From: an uncultured Chloroflexia bacterium
Lineage (GTDB): Bacteria; Chloroflexota; Limnocylindria; Limnocylindrales; CSP1-4
DNA: 64,000 nucleotides
NCBI GenBank assembly: GCA_963721655.1
Contig: CAVRKH010000008.1
Coordinates: 1,026-65,025, forward strand
Direction of reading: 5' to 3'
A program made the translations under genes and the position numbers. Below, one piece after another: positions 1 to 8,663 of the stretch. The first letter of the stretch is position 1. Each line of letters starts with the position of its first letter. Below the pieces are notes generated by a model, which saw nothing but the letters and a program-made list of their open reading frames with translations, was not told where the DNA came from and ran no database searches.

Positions 1-2
1 TC

Positions 3-857
3 ACGCCGACCTGGTCGCGCGACGGGCTCAACCTCGCGTACTGGCATCGCCCGGAGCCATCCGGGCCATGGGCCCTTGTCGTCGTGGATGCCGCCGGTGC
101 AAATCGGCGGATCCTGGCCGAAGGGGTGTCATTACGTGCTCGCGAGGCAATGTTCAACTGGCCAAGCAATCTGTCCTGGTCGCCCGACGGCAAGGCGATC
201 GCATTCGCCGCCGATGTGGGCGTCGATTCGTCGATCTTCGTCGCCGACCTCGCCTCTGGGTCCGCTCGTCAGATCGTTGACGAGAAGCTGCGCGCGGTCG
301 ATCCCGCGTGGGCGCCGGATGGCTCGGTCATCTCCTTCCAGAGCGAGGCGTCGTCGTCGCTGCATGTCGTGGCGCCTGACGGCTCCGACGAGCGCCAGCT
401 GGGCTGGCTGACTGGTACGTTCCTGTGGCCCGAATGGGCTCCCGACGGGAGTGCGATCGCGGTCGCCGCAGACGTCAACGGCAACGCCGAGATCTTCACC
501 GTGTCGGCCAACGGATCGGTCGTGACCAACGTCTCGAACAACCCGGGCGGCGATTTGTCGCCGAGCTGGTCGCCCGACGGGTCCCGGCTCGCGTGGGGGC
601 GTGCGATGGGGTCAGGAACGCGGGGCTGGGTGGTCGTGGCCAACGCTGACGGCAGCGCCCAGGTGCAACTCGACGAGCCGGCCGATCTGGCGCCGCCAAC
701 GTGGTCGCCCGACGGGAGCCGTGTCTACGGCTACGTGAGCGACGAGGAGGGCAAATTCCAGGCCCTGCTCGTGCTCGACCCGACCGGCGTCACGCCGGCC
801 ATCCAGGTGCCGGCCGAGGGAAACGTCGGGAACGGCAACTGGCAACGACTTCCCTGA
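3..857 (+). CDS. TolB-like PD40/WD40-like beta-propeller repeat protein, 5' end outside window
   Basis: Frame of ORF 84..857 stays open back to the window edge (TPTWSRDG..). It has repeated W(S/A)PDG..(I/L)AF blade motifs. Confidence 0.75.
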   Translation, partial: TPTWSRDGLNLAYWHRPEPSGPWALVVVDAAGANRRILAEGVSLRAREAMFNWPSNLSWSPDGKAIAFAADVGVDSSIFVADLASGSARQIVDEKLRAVDPAWAPDGSVISFQSEASSSLHVVAPDGSDERQLGWLTGTFLWPEWAPDGSAIAVAADVNGNAEIFTVSANGSVVTNVSNNPGGDLSPSWSPDGSRLAWGRAMGSGTRGWVVVANADGSAQVQLDEPADLAPPTWSPDGSRVYGYVSDEEGKFQALLVLDPTGVTPAIQVPAEGNVGNGNWQRLP

Positions 858-873
858 CGAATTGGAGAACACC

Positions 874-1455
874 ATGCGCCGATTGACTCGGTTCCTCGCC
901 ACGCTCTCGTTGGGAGCGGGCCTGCTGCTCGCGGCTGCCCCGGCGTCCCTGGCTGCAAGCGTCGATCCGTCCACGCTCCAACCACCACCACCGCCGGGGG
1001 CGAAATGCCACACGGCGGGCAACCAGGTCATCTGCGACACAATTCTGAACTTCGACCTTGAAAACGAGCCCGACTTCGATCTCCCCTGCGGCACGCTCTA
1101 CCTCACGGGCACCGACTATCGCGAGGGTTTCCGCTTCTACGTCGACGGCAAGATCGTCCGTCGGCATGTCACTGGCGCCTTCAACGTGACTGGCAGCCTG
1201 TCGCCGGCTGGCGACGGACCGACGATCAGGCTCATCGCTCGCTGGAACATTTGGTCGGTGTGGCCCATTCCGGGCGGCGGCGACGACGACGCGGTCGCGA
1301 TCGAGCGGGGCCTGAGCTTGAGAGCTATTGGGCCGGGCCTCGGATCGGACTTCCACATCTCCGGTCAATTCGATCCGTTCGGCAACCACACGGGCCTGTT
1401 CACCGCGTTCTCGGACGAGTCGATGGATGCGCTGTGCGAGGCACTGGCCGCCTGA
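874..1455 (+). CDS. secreted hypothetical protein
   Basis: ORF 862..1455. ATG at 874 follows GGAG. The N-terminus MRRLTRFLATLSLGAGLLLAAAPASLAAS is signal-peptide-like. Confidence 0.65.
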   Translation: MRRLTRFLATLSLGAGLLLAAAPASLAASVDPSTLQPPPPPGAKCHTAGNQVICDTILNFDLENEPDFDLPCGTLYLTGTDYREGFRFYVDGKIVRRHVTGAFNVTGSLSPAGDGPTIRLIARWNIWSVWPIPGGGDDDAVAIERGLSLRAIGPGLGSDFHISGQFDPFGNHTGLFTAFSDESMDALCEALAA

Positions 1456-1486
1456 TAAGAGGGGCTGTAACGCGCAATCGGTATTA

Positions 1487-1586
1487 GCCAGATATCAGTC
1501 GGGGTGATGAGCGGCAAGAGAATCGGGCCTGCAACGCTCGCAAGGGCTCGAATCTCACGCCATACAACATTCCCGCTGATATCTGG
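1487..1586. repeat. perfect 12-bp inverted repeat closing a ~76-nt lower-GC insert (candidate structured RNA or MITE-like remnant)
   Basis: GCCAGATATCAG at 1487-1498 and CTGATATCTGGC at 1575-1586. The stem extends by about 5 more bp (CGGGG/CCCCG-like). Intergenic, upstream of ispH. Confidence 0.35.
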
Positions 1587-1748
1587 CCGTGAACCGCCGC
1601 TTCGAGCTTGCCGTTGATTACCAGGGCTGATGATTGGCCAGAACTGCGCACGTTCTGGCCAAACCGGTCCCGTGGACTGGTCCTGCCGCGCAACCCGGAC
1701 AAGGCGCGCCGACCCGGGTTTTGGCGGTCCCCGTGCGATAATCGACCC

Positions 1749-2723
1749 GTGGGAACAGTCGAAACAGTCCGCATCGCGAAGCGGACCGGGTTCTGCTACG
1801 GCGTGCGCGAGGCGATCGACAAGGCGAAGGAAGCCTCGGCCGCCGGCAAGACCACGCATACCCTCGGTCAGGTCGTCCACAACGAAGGCGTCGTCCGCGA
1901 CCTCCAGTCGCTCGGCATCGAGACCGTGGAGACGCTCGACGACGTCGATGGCGGCGCAGCGGTCGTGATCCGCGCGCACGGCGTCCGGCCGGACGTCATG
2001 GAGCGTGCGAACGAGAAGGGCCTCGAGGTCATCGACGGCACCTGCACCTGGGTGATCCAGGAGCACCGCGAGCTGACGAAGCTGGTCGAGGAGGGCTACA
2101 CCATCGTCCTGCTCGGCACGCCGAAGCACGCCGAGGTCGTTGGCATGCTCGGGTTCGCACCGGACGCGATCGTCGTCGACGAGGAAGAGGAGTGGGACGC
2201 GGCGGTCCCGCGCAAGAAGCGGATGGCGCTCATCTCCCAGTCGACGCAGCCGCCGTGGAAGTTCGAGAAGCTGGCCGCGTTCATGGTCGGTCGCGCCCAC
2301 GAGCTCAAGATCGTCAACACCGTGTGCCCGGTCACGATCCGCCGCCAGCAGGACACGATGGAGATCGCGGCCGAGGTCGATCTGATGGTCGTCGTCGGCG
2401 GCCGCTCGAGCGCCAACACCAAGGAGCTGACCCGGCTCTGCGAGATCGCCGGCACGCACGCGATCCAGATCGAGAACGTGCGCGAACTGACCGATCCCTC
2501 GGTGTTCGACGGCAAGCGCGTCGTCGGCGTCACCGGTGGCACGTCCACGCCGATCGAGGACCTTCGCGACGTCACCGAGCGGATCCTCGAGATGGCCGGC
2601 ACGTCGGACGTCAGTGCCCGCGCCGCCGAGCTCGCACAGGAAGCGCTGCTCGTGGCCGCGACCCCGGCCGGCCGCACGACCTCGCTCCCGACACCGTCGA
2701 CGGCCACCGCAGGCGCGGCGTAG
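1749..2723 (+). CDS. ispH: 4-hydroxy-3-methylbut-2-enyl diphosphate reductase
   Basis: ORF 1608..2723. Conserved part starts at GTG 1749 (VGTVETVRIAKRTGFCYGVREAIDKA.. HTLGQVVHNEGVV.. GGRSSANTKEL). Confidence 0.9.
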   Translation: MGTVETVRIAKRTGFCYGVREAIDKAKEASAAGKTTHTLGQVVHNEGVVRDLQSLGIETVETLDDVDGGAAVVIRAHGVRPDVMERANEKGLEVIDGTCTWVIQEHRELTKLVEEGYTIVLLGTPKHAEVVGMLGFAPDAIVVDEEEEWDAAVPRKKRMALISQSTQPPWKFEKLAAFMVGRAHELKIVNTVCPVTIRRQQDTMEIAAEVDLMVVVGGRSSANTKELTRLCEIAGTHAIQIENVRELTDPSVFDGKRVVGVTGGTSTPIEDLRDVTERILEMAGTSDVSARAAELAQEALLVAATPAGRTTSLPTPSTATAGAA

Positions 2724-2727
2724 GGCG

Positions 2728-4341
2728 GTGAGCCCCGCGAGCAACCCGCTCCCGATCGTCGCGATCGTGGGGAGGCCGAACGTCGGGAAGAGCACGCTCT
2801 TCAACCGGATCGTCGGCGGACGCCCCGCGATCGTCGAGGATCGCGCGCGGACGACCCGTGATCGCCTCTACGGCGACGCCGAGTGGAACGGCCGTCGCTT
2901 CGTCGTCGTCGACACCGGCGGGCTCGAGATCGACCCGAACGACCTGATCGAGGCCAAGGTCCAGGAGCAGGCGCGCCTCGCGATCGCCGAAGCGGACGCG
3001 ATCCTCTTCGTCGTGGACGCCGCGACCGGCCTGACGCCGGCCGATCAGGAGGCGTCGGAGCTGCTGCGCCGCGCGACATCACCGGTGATCGTCGCCGTCA
3101 ACAAGGCCGACAACGACAAGCGCGAGCTCGAAGGAGCCGAGTTCCACTCGCTTGGCTGGGAGGAGACCTACCAGATCTCGGCTTCGCACGGGCGCGGGAC
3201 CGGCGACCTGCTCGACGCGATCGTCTGGGCGCTGCCGCCCGAGAGCGAGCAGGAACAAGCGCGGAAAGCTCGAGAGACAGAGGCCGAGGCGTGGGCCGAG
3301 GAAGTGGCGGCCGGCAAGCTGGAGCCGTTCGTGGTCGACGAGCCCGAGGCCGACGAGGACGGCGTCGATGCCGAAAAGGAGGACGCCGGTGCAGCACGCT
3401 GGGACGCCGCGATGGCGGCCGAGGCCGACGAGCCGGCTGCGATCGCCTTCGTCGGCCGTCCGAACGTCGGCAAGTCGAGCCTCGTCAACGCGCTCCTGGG
3501 CCAGGATCGCGCGATCGTGTCCGAAGTCCCGGGGACGACCCGCGATTCGATCGACACGCGACTCGCCTGGGGCCGAAGCGAGATCGTGCTCATCGACACG
3601 GCCGGGATTCGACGCCGCGGAAAGGTCGCCAGCGGACCGGCCGCCGAACGCTATTCGACCCTCCGCGCGCTGCGCGCCATCGCCCGTGCCGACGTCGCAG
3701 TCCTCGTCATCGACGCGGTCGAGGGGCTGACCGCCCAGGACGCCCACGTGGCCGGCTACGTGCTCGAGGAGGGGAAGGGGCTCGTCGTCGCGGTCAACAA
3801 ATGGGACCTCGTCGAGGAGAAGACCGACCGGAGCTTCGACCAGTACGTGTCGTGGATCCGCGACCAGGCGCCGTTCCTCGAGTTCGCGCCGATCGTCTCG
3901 ATCAGCGCGAGGACGGGCCAGCGCGTCAGCAAGGTGCTCGAGCTTGCCGTGGACATCTGGGGGGAGCGCCGCCGCCGCGTGCCGACCGGCGAGCTGAACC
4001 GCCTGCTGGCGACCGCGACCGAACGCGTCCTGCCGGCGATGAGCCGCGGCCGGCGCCCGAAGATCTTCTACGCCACCCAGGCGGCCGTCGCGCCGCCGAC
4101 GTTCGTGTTCTTCGCGTCGGACGCGTCTTCGGTGCACTTCTCGTACCGGCGCTACCTCGAGAACCAGCTGCGCGAGGCGTTCGGCTTCCACGGCACGCCG
4201 ATCAAGCTGGTGTTCCGCGACCGGGCCAAGGTGCGAGTGCCGCGCCGCCGCAGCACGAGGTCCGGGCGAACTCCGGAGACCGCCCGGAAACCATCGCGTT
4301 CGAAGCCGGCCGCGGGCCGACGGCAGCAGGGTCGCCGCTGA
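2728..4341 (+). CDS. der: ribosome-associated GTPase Der/EngA (two GTPase domains plus KH-like domain)
   Basis: In-frame GTG at 2728 within ORF 2536..4341. Two P-loops (GRPNVGKSTLFN, GRPNVGKSSLVN). Acidic linker between the G domains and an Arg/Lys-rich C-terminal tail. Confidence 0.9.
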   Translation: MSPASNPLPIVAIVGRPNVGKSTLFNRIVGGRPAIVEDRARTTRDRLYGDAEWNGRRFVVVDTGGLEIDPNDLIEAKVQEQARLAIAEADAILFVVDAATGLTPADQEASELLRRATSPVIVAVNKADNDKRELEGAEFHSLGWEETYQISASHGRGTGDLLDAIVWALPPESEQEQARKARETEAEAWAEEVAAGKLEPFVVDEPEADEDGVDAEKEDAGAARWDAAMAAEADEPAAIAFVGRPNVGKSSLVNALLGQDRAIVSEVPGTTRDSIDTRLAWGRSEIVLIDTAGIRRRGKVASGPAAERYSTLRALRAIARADVAVLVIDAVEGLTAQDAHVAGYVLEEGKGLVVAVNKWDLVEEKTDRSFDQYVSWIRDQAPFLEFAPIVSISARTGQRVSKVLELAVDIWGERRRRVPTGELNRLLATATERVLPAMSRGRRPKIFYATQAAVAPPTFVFFASDASSVHFSYRRYLENQLREAFGFHGTPIKLVFRDRAKVRVPRRRSTRSGRTPETARKPSRSKPAAGRRQQGRR

Positions 4342-4369
4342 CGACCCGGTGCTAGACTGCGTTGCCTGT

Positions 4370-4446
4370 CGGGGCGTGGCGCAGTCTGGTAGCGCACCAG
4401 TCTGGGGGACTGGTGGTCGTGGGTTCGAATCCCGCCGCCCCGACCA
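4370..4446 (+). tRNA. tRNA-Pro (anticodon GGG), CCA encoded
   Basis: Hand-folded cloverleaf: acceptor CGGGGCG/CGCCCCG, D stem GCGC/GCGC, anticodon stem CCAGT/ACTGG with loop CTGGGGG, T arm GTGGG-TTCGAAT-CCCGC. Confidence 0.9.
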
Positions 4447-4614
4447 AATTCCCCTCACGAAATGGCACTCGGAGGGCGGAGTGTGCCAGCGCGCATGCAG
4501 CGGCGAGGACGGACAACGCGATGCCGAGGGTGACGGGCCGCAGCACGGCGTCATCCTCGCACGCCGATGAGGTGCTCGAAGAAGCAGGCCTGCCCTCGCG
4601 TGAGCACCGCCTGC

Positions 4615-5331
4615 TTACGTCGTCCGCAAGTTCATACCCGCCAAAATGGTCACTGCGAGTGCCACGACCGGCGGCCCCACCATGGCGAAGGCCAGCGCGA
4701 CTTCCTCCGCGTGGTGGCGGTAGCGACGGATTGGCAACGTAAGACGGAGTCCCGCCTGCGCCAAGAAGAGACCCGAAACCCAGCCGACGACCGCACCCGC
4801 GAAGGCCGCTCCGACCGCGGCAGGGAACGCCGTAACTCCCGTCGCGACGAGCACGATAAGACCGACGATGGCTCCGATGGGTGCGGACAGGAATGTGAAG
4901 CACATCGAAGCCTGTCCAAGGCCAGGGTCGGTGCCCAGGGCCTGCCACCGAAACTGGTGCTCACCTGGGGGGCCGATCCGAGCCAGTGCGCCATTCACGT
5001 CCTGAATGAGCACCGACCGGTCCGCGGTCGATCGCACGACCCACTTCTTGCCGAGCCCGACGCGATCGGTTTGATCAAAGTTCACGACCCAGCCATCCGC
5101 CGTGAGACTTGGGACCACGTCCTTGTCGGACGTCGTGATCCCGAACCCAATGACGTACCCGTCCCGGACAGCGCCGTGCACGAAAATTGCCGCCGTTGGA
5201 GCCCTGGCAGCAGCCCTGGCAGTCGTGGCAGCGAGATTTGGCGTGATATCCCATGCCGTGCCACCGCGCCGTTCGACCTCGCTCAGGGCGGCTTCAAGTG
5301 AAGAGATTCCCGGGCCGTTCGCCGTGTTCAT
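4615..5331 (-). CDS. hypothetical protein with soluble N-domain and C-terminal transmembrane segments
   Basis: ORF 4615..5337, likely ATG at 5331 (MNTANGPG..). C-terminal hydrophobic runs (IGAIVGLIVLVATGV, VVGWVSGLFLA, VGPPVVALAVTILAG). Confidence 0.55.
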   Translation of the reverse strand: MNTANGPGISSLEAALSEVERRGGTAWDITPNLAATTARAAARAPTAAIFVHGAVRDGYVIGFGITTSDKDVVPSLTADGWVVNFDQTDRVGLGKKWVVRSTADRSVLIQDVNGALARIGPPGEHQFRWQALGTDPGLGQASMCFTFLSAPIGAIVGLIVLVATGVTAFPAAVGAAFAGAVVGWVSGLFLAQAGLRLTLPIRRYRHHAEEVALAFAMVGPPVVALAVTILAGMNLRTT

Positions 5332-5372
5332 CCCCAACGGCCTCGGCTCCTCCAGCCGGGGCCGTACCTATC
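5329..5372 (+). repeat. intergenic hairpin repeat, copy 1 (left-hand part only)
   Basis: CATCCCCAACGGCCTCGGCTCCTCCAGCCGGGGCCGTACC. Matches the reverse complement of 9289-9328 with one mismatch. Confidence 0.8.
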
Positions 5373-5425
5373 CCTCGGCTTATCGGCCCGACCGCCCGAG
5401 GCCGCGCGTTAAACTAACGCAGTAG

Positions 5426-5539
5426 GGCGAGTGACCTATTGCTGTCGCCGTCGTCTGACGCCGAGGATTGACGAGCTTCCTCCGCACCGGGGAACACAAA
5501 GAGCCGACGTACCCCAGGACGTCGGCTCTTTCGTTTGTG
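5426..5539 (+). repeat. ~115-nt module, left copy of an inverted pair: 17-nt perfect tip plus long hairpin
   Basis: GGCGAGTGACCTATTGC at 5426-5442 is the exact reverse complement of 7825-7841. Hairpin AAAGAGCCGACGT/ACGTCGGCTCTTT at 5498-5531. The spacer is roughly 60 percent similar to its partner by eye. Confidence 0.75.
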
Positions 5540-5574
5540 GCCGTGGAGGCCCCCCGGACAATCACCGCCGGGGG

Positions 5575-5760
5575 ATGATGGTCTCGCCCGAGGGACCCGA
5601 TAGTCATATCGTCGCGACTGGTCAACCGTTAGGCTGCGACATGTCGAAACCCCATCGCGTTCACCCCCCTCGGGCCGCGATAGGGTCTCACTCTTACAAC
5701 GATCCCGCCGCCGATTCGTTAGGCACAATGCGGCGACACCCTGCAGACGGCCCCCCCTGA
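5575..5760 (+). CDS. possible small ORF (61 codons) directly behind a conserved hairpin
   Basis: Hairpin CCCCCCGGACAATCACCGCCGGGGG (5550-5574) abuts ATGATG. No recognisable family and weak coding look. Confidence 0.2.
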   Translation: MMVSPEGPDSHIVATGQPLGCDMSKPHRVHPPRAAIGSHSYNDPAADSLGTMRRHPADGPP

Positions 5761-6200
5761 CTTGCCGTCGCGCAGGGCCTCGGGGAGGTTAGGTCAGCGG
5801 CAGACAGTGCGCAGTACTGCGAGATGCACGGCGACACTGCGACTACGTGTCGATTTCGCACCTACGGACTTGCCGCACGCCGGACAACGAGGGTGAACAT
5901 GCCGCCGCCTTCGCTCGCATCAGGGACCGATCGAGGGGTCGCGGGTACGGAGTCAACTTGATGCACGACGGATGCATCCACTTGTCTGGATGGAGGGTGA
6001 CTACTCGCGGATCGGTGGCGGACAGACCGGCGTCGACGGCGCCGCGGAGCGACGCTTCACGTCCTGGAGACGGGTGGCCACACGCGCGGGATCACGCTCG
6101 CCAGCGATCCGTCGACGTTCGATGCCCGGAACGCGGAACGCCGACAATGCTAGACTCGATCACCTTCGAGTAGCCAACGGTTCGCCGTTCGGTGAGCCAC

Positions 6201-6295
6201 GGCCCGACCCACGGTCGGGGCCGTACCCTGTCCGCCATGACCGAACCCGCGAAGCGTGAGCGTGCCGCGCTCGACGTCTTGGAGCTCTTCCCGGA
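6201..6295 (+). repeat. intergenic hairpin plus mini-ORF repeat, copy 2
   Basis: GGCCCGACCCACGGTCGGGGCC-GTACCCTGTCCGCC-ATGACCGAACCCGCGAAGCGTGAGCGTGCCGCGCTCGACGTC... The mini-ORF is 49 codons (ATG 6237). Confidence 0.8.
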
Positions 6296-6443
6296 ATGGA
6301 CTCAATCCCAGCGAGCGCCGCGGCCTGCACAACCTGACCGACTGACTCGGCCGCTGACGGCCGACGAGGAGGGGCGGGTTACCTAGCGATACGCCGGCTG
6401 ACGGGATAGACCTTTCCATTGGACTGGTACTCGGCCGCCTCGG

Positions 6444-6776
6444 TCAGGGGCGGAATTCCTTGCCATGGTCGAACACGTAGAGGCCCACCCGGGTGATGTT
6501 GTGCAGGTCGCGCTCCTTGACCGCGTCCGTGCTGCAGACCTGGGTGATCGCCTTCAAGTAGGCGGGGGCGAGTTCCTCGATTTCTTTCGCCCTGACGTCC
6601 GCGATCCGGAGGGTCGCCAAGAGGCGGTCCGCCATAGCGAGGCGCTGTGGCTCGGTCATCTCCCCGGCCCATTGCTCACAGGTCGTCTGGTTGGAACTAT
6701 GTGGCCAGCCAGCGGTGATCGCGCTGACGTCGCACCCAACGAGCACGACTGCGAGCACGGCGATGAGTCGCTTCAT
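6444..6776 (-). CDS. lipoprotein, function unknown
   Basis: ORF 6444..6776. MKRLIAVLAVVLVGC is a signal peptide with lipobox. Confidence 0.6.
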   Translation of the reverse strand: MKRLIAVLAVVLVGCDVSAITAGWPHSSNQTTCEQWAGEMTEPQRLAMADRLLATLRIADVRAKEIEELAPAYLKAITQVCSTDAVKERDLHNITRVGLYVFDHGKEFRP

Positions 6777-7038
6777 CTCCGGAACATCCTGAAGCGCCCC
6801 TCCTCTGATTGTGCGCAGCTTGTTGGACGGACGTTACTCCCGCACTGCGCAGGCGAGGCTCCGCGAGAAGTCCCGCCTGCCGACGTCCCGGGTCTCCCTT
6901 TCCGCGCGAGGTCGATGTAGCGTTCCTGTCGTCAAACCAAACCAAGGAGGTCCCGATGTCAAGGTCACCGGCGCGGAGGGCCGGCCTTCGGACCGGCCCT
7001 CCTTTTTCTCCACCCCATCCATTACTGAGGGCTACCCC

Positions 7039-7465
7039 ATGCGCACCCGGCTTTTTGCCGCTCCGTTCGCGCTCTTTCTCCTGCTGACCTCGGTCGGCAT
7101 CGCCGCCGCGGACACCGTTCCGCTCAGAGGCAAACCTGTCCATCGTCGTCACCTCGGCCACGGTTCAGGTGCAGACGGGCGTCGTTACCGTCACAGGTCA
7201 GATCACGTGCGAGGTCGCCCTCTACGACCTCAGCGCGTCGGTCGATATCTCGAAGGGACGCGTCAGTGGTTCCGGCGACGACATTGGGCTGAGCTGCGCC
7301 GCGGGCGAGACGGTCCCGTTCACGACCTCCTTCTCCGCTGACTCCGGTCGGTTCTCCCCCGGTCCGGTGGAGATGGGCCTTGAGGCCCAAGGTGTGGGTC
7401 ACGGTCAGCGCTATGGCTTTGTAACCGAGGGGCTGAACTCGATCGTTCTCGAACCCACTCGCTAG
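7039..7465 (+). pseudogene. secreted protein, signal peptide out of frame with mature part
   Basis: MRTRLFAAPFALFLLLTSVGIAAADTVP is in the frame of ORF 6811..7341. The mature-looking part (..SEANLSIVVTSATVQVQTGVVTVTGQITCE..) is in the frame of ORF 7169..7465, which is open from 7088. Frame change near 7110-7125. Confidence 0.45.
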
Positions 7466-7721
7466 CCGATCTGTAGAGCCAACAGGAGGGTCGGTCAGCG
7501 GCCGGCCCTTCCGCGGCTTGAGACTGCTCCTCGGCAGCAGGCCACACCAAACCGGCAGGCCAATCGTTACTGGGATGGAGGCCCGCCGGTGCGGCGTTGG
7601 GGGGATACGTCGCAACGCGGGGCTCGATACCCTACGCCGCCGTGCAATACCTACTGACCCGGGCACCGCCTCGCGACGCGCTCCTGCACCTCCGCCACCG
7701 CCGGCGGGCCCTCGGGACAGA

Positions 7722-7841
7722 CAAAGAGCCGACGGTCCCAGGGGGGCTAGACCCGTCGACTCTTTGAGTTTTCCGCCCTGGGGGGCCAAGGCTTCGCGAT
7801 CGTGGGCGTAGAACAGCATTCAGCGCAATAGGTCACTCGCC
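7722..7841 (-). repeat. ~115-nt module, right (inverted) copy
   Basis: Hairpin CAAAGAGCCGACGG/CCGTCGACTCTTTG (7722-7766), then the 17-nt tip GCAATAGGTCACTCGCC (7825-7841). Confidence 0.75.
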
Positions 7842-7996
7842 GTATCCAAATGGCGTCGTGATCCCGCGCCTCCGGGGTCGAAGCTGGTGGGTCCATGTGC
7901 GCTGTGGCGGGCCCGCGCGGTCCGTGCCTCCCCCCAGAGGCCGATCGCGCACGGGCCCCTACCCGAGGCCGACAACCGAAACGCACGTCGTGGGCA

Positions 7997-8164
7997 TTAC
8001 GGCCGTCGAGACCCCCGGCAGGAGCCATCGTCAGCCGACTCGGGTTCGCTGCGGATCATCCGAAACACGCATTTCTTCGGGCGGACCGGCACAGCCTCCG
8101 CCGGAGCCAAATCCAAACGGCAGCGGCATTCGTTGAAGCTTAGGAGAACCCCCGGGCAAGCCAT
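7997..8164 (-). CDS. possible small Cys-rich ORF (55 codons) behind the same conserved hairpin
   Basis: Minus strand reads CCCCGGGCAATCACCGCCGGGG-TAACG-ATG (8191-8162). Peptide is MACPGVLLSFNECRCRLD..KKCVFRM..SC. The stretch is locally AT-richer. Confidence 0.25.
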   Translation of the reverse strand: MACPGVLLSFNECRCRLDLAPAEAVPVRPKKCVFRMIRSEPESADDGSCRGSRRP

Positions 8165-8226
8165 CGTTACCCCGGCGGTGATTGCCCGGGGACTCGCTCG
8201 TGCCTTGGCGCGATCGCCGACCCGGC

Positions 8227-8322
8227 TCAACGATCCGGGAGGAGCTCGATGACGTCGAGGGCGGCACGCTCACGCTTCGCGAGGTCGGTCATGGCGGACA
8301 GGGTACGGCCAGGCGTCTCGGA
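8227..8322 (-). repeat. intergenic hairpin plus mini-ORF repeat, copy 3 (inverted)
   Basis: Minus strand reads GGCCGTACCCTGTCCGCC-ATGACCGACCTCGCGAAGCGTGAGCGTGCCGCCCTCGACGTC... The mini-ORF is 21 codons (8292..8227). Confidence 0.8.
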
Positions 8323-8662
8323 GTGAAGTTGGGCCAGATGGGGCTACTCCGGCGAGGCGGGCGGCGGGCTCAAATTGGGTGAATCCCTTCGGCTTGAAGG
8401 TCCCAATGATCGCCTCCGACTCAGGCTCATAGGTCGCGACCGTTTCGGGCAAGCTCTGGAACAGACAAACCATGAGCATGTCGTCTGCCGCGAACGCGTA
8501 CGCGACGGCGGCCTGCTCCGTTCCCCCGTCGCCCTCCCAGTCCCAGCGGATTTGGACGGTTTCTCCGAGGGGCAACGAGATGTGGTCGGAGACCGGCGTC
8601 GTCGTGATGTTGGGAGCGCGCGCGATCGCGTCGACGTTCTCTTGTTCAAGGGAGAAGAGCAC
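8270..8662 (-). CDS. hypothetical protein whose last ~17 codons and stop codon lie inside repeat copy 3
   Basis: ORF 8270..8662 (GTG start overlapping the upstream stop region). The body looks coding (..QIRWDWEGDGGTEQAAVAYAF..). The tail ..WPYPVRHDRPREA* is repeat-encoded. Confidence 0.5.
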   Translation of the reverse strand: MLFSLEQENVDAIARAPNITTTPVSDHISLPLGETVQIRWDWEGDGGTEQAAVAYAFAADDMLMVCLFQSLPETVATYEPESEAIIGTFKPKGFTQFEPAARLAGVAPSGPTSLRDAWPYPVRHDRPREA

Positions 8663-8663
8663 G

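Noticed and set aside
1499-1574. Hammerhead ribozyme, because of GUGAUGAG inside the 1487-1586 element.
   Set aside because: No properly placed GAAA or stem II pairing could be drawn, and the first core base is G rather than C.
1365-2804. Long antisense ORFs, e.g. 1365..2804(-), 3079..4554(-), 23639..25564(-), 31031..33064(-), 33697..35367(-), 37592..38659(-), 41076..42260(-), 42316..43674(+).
   Set aside because: Each lies opposite a gene with clear family motifs. Their translations are Arg/Ala/Pro/Gly-rich with no motifs, which is typical of shadow ORFs in GC-rich DNA.
5847-6259. ORFs 5847..6173 and 5972..6259 inside the tRNA-Pro island as genes.
   Set aside because: Third-position GC bias is weaker than in confident genes, the composition is Arg-rich, and no start context is visible. 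The 3' end of 5972..6259 is simply the repeat read in a second frame.
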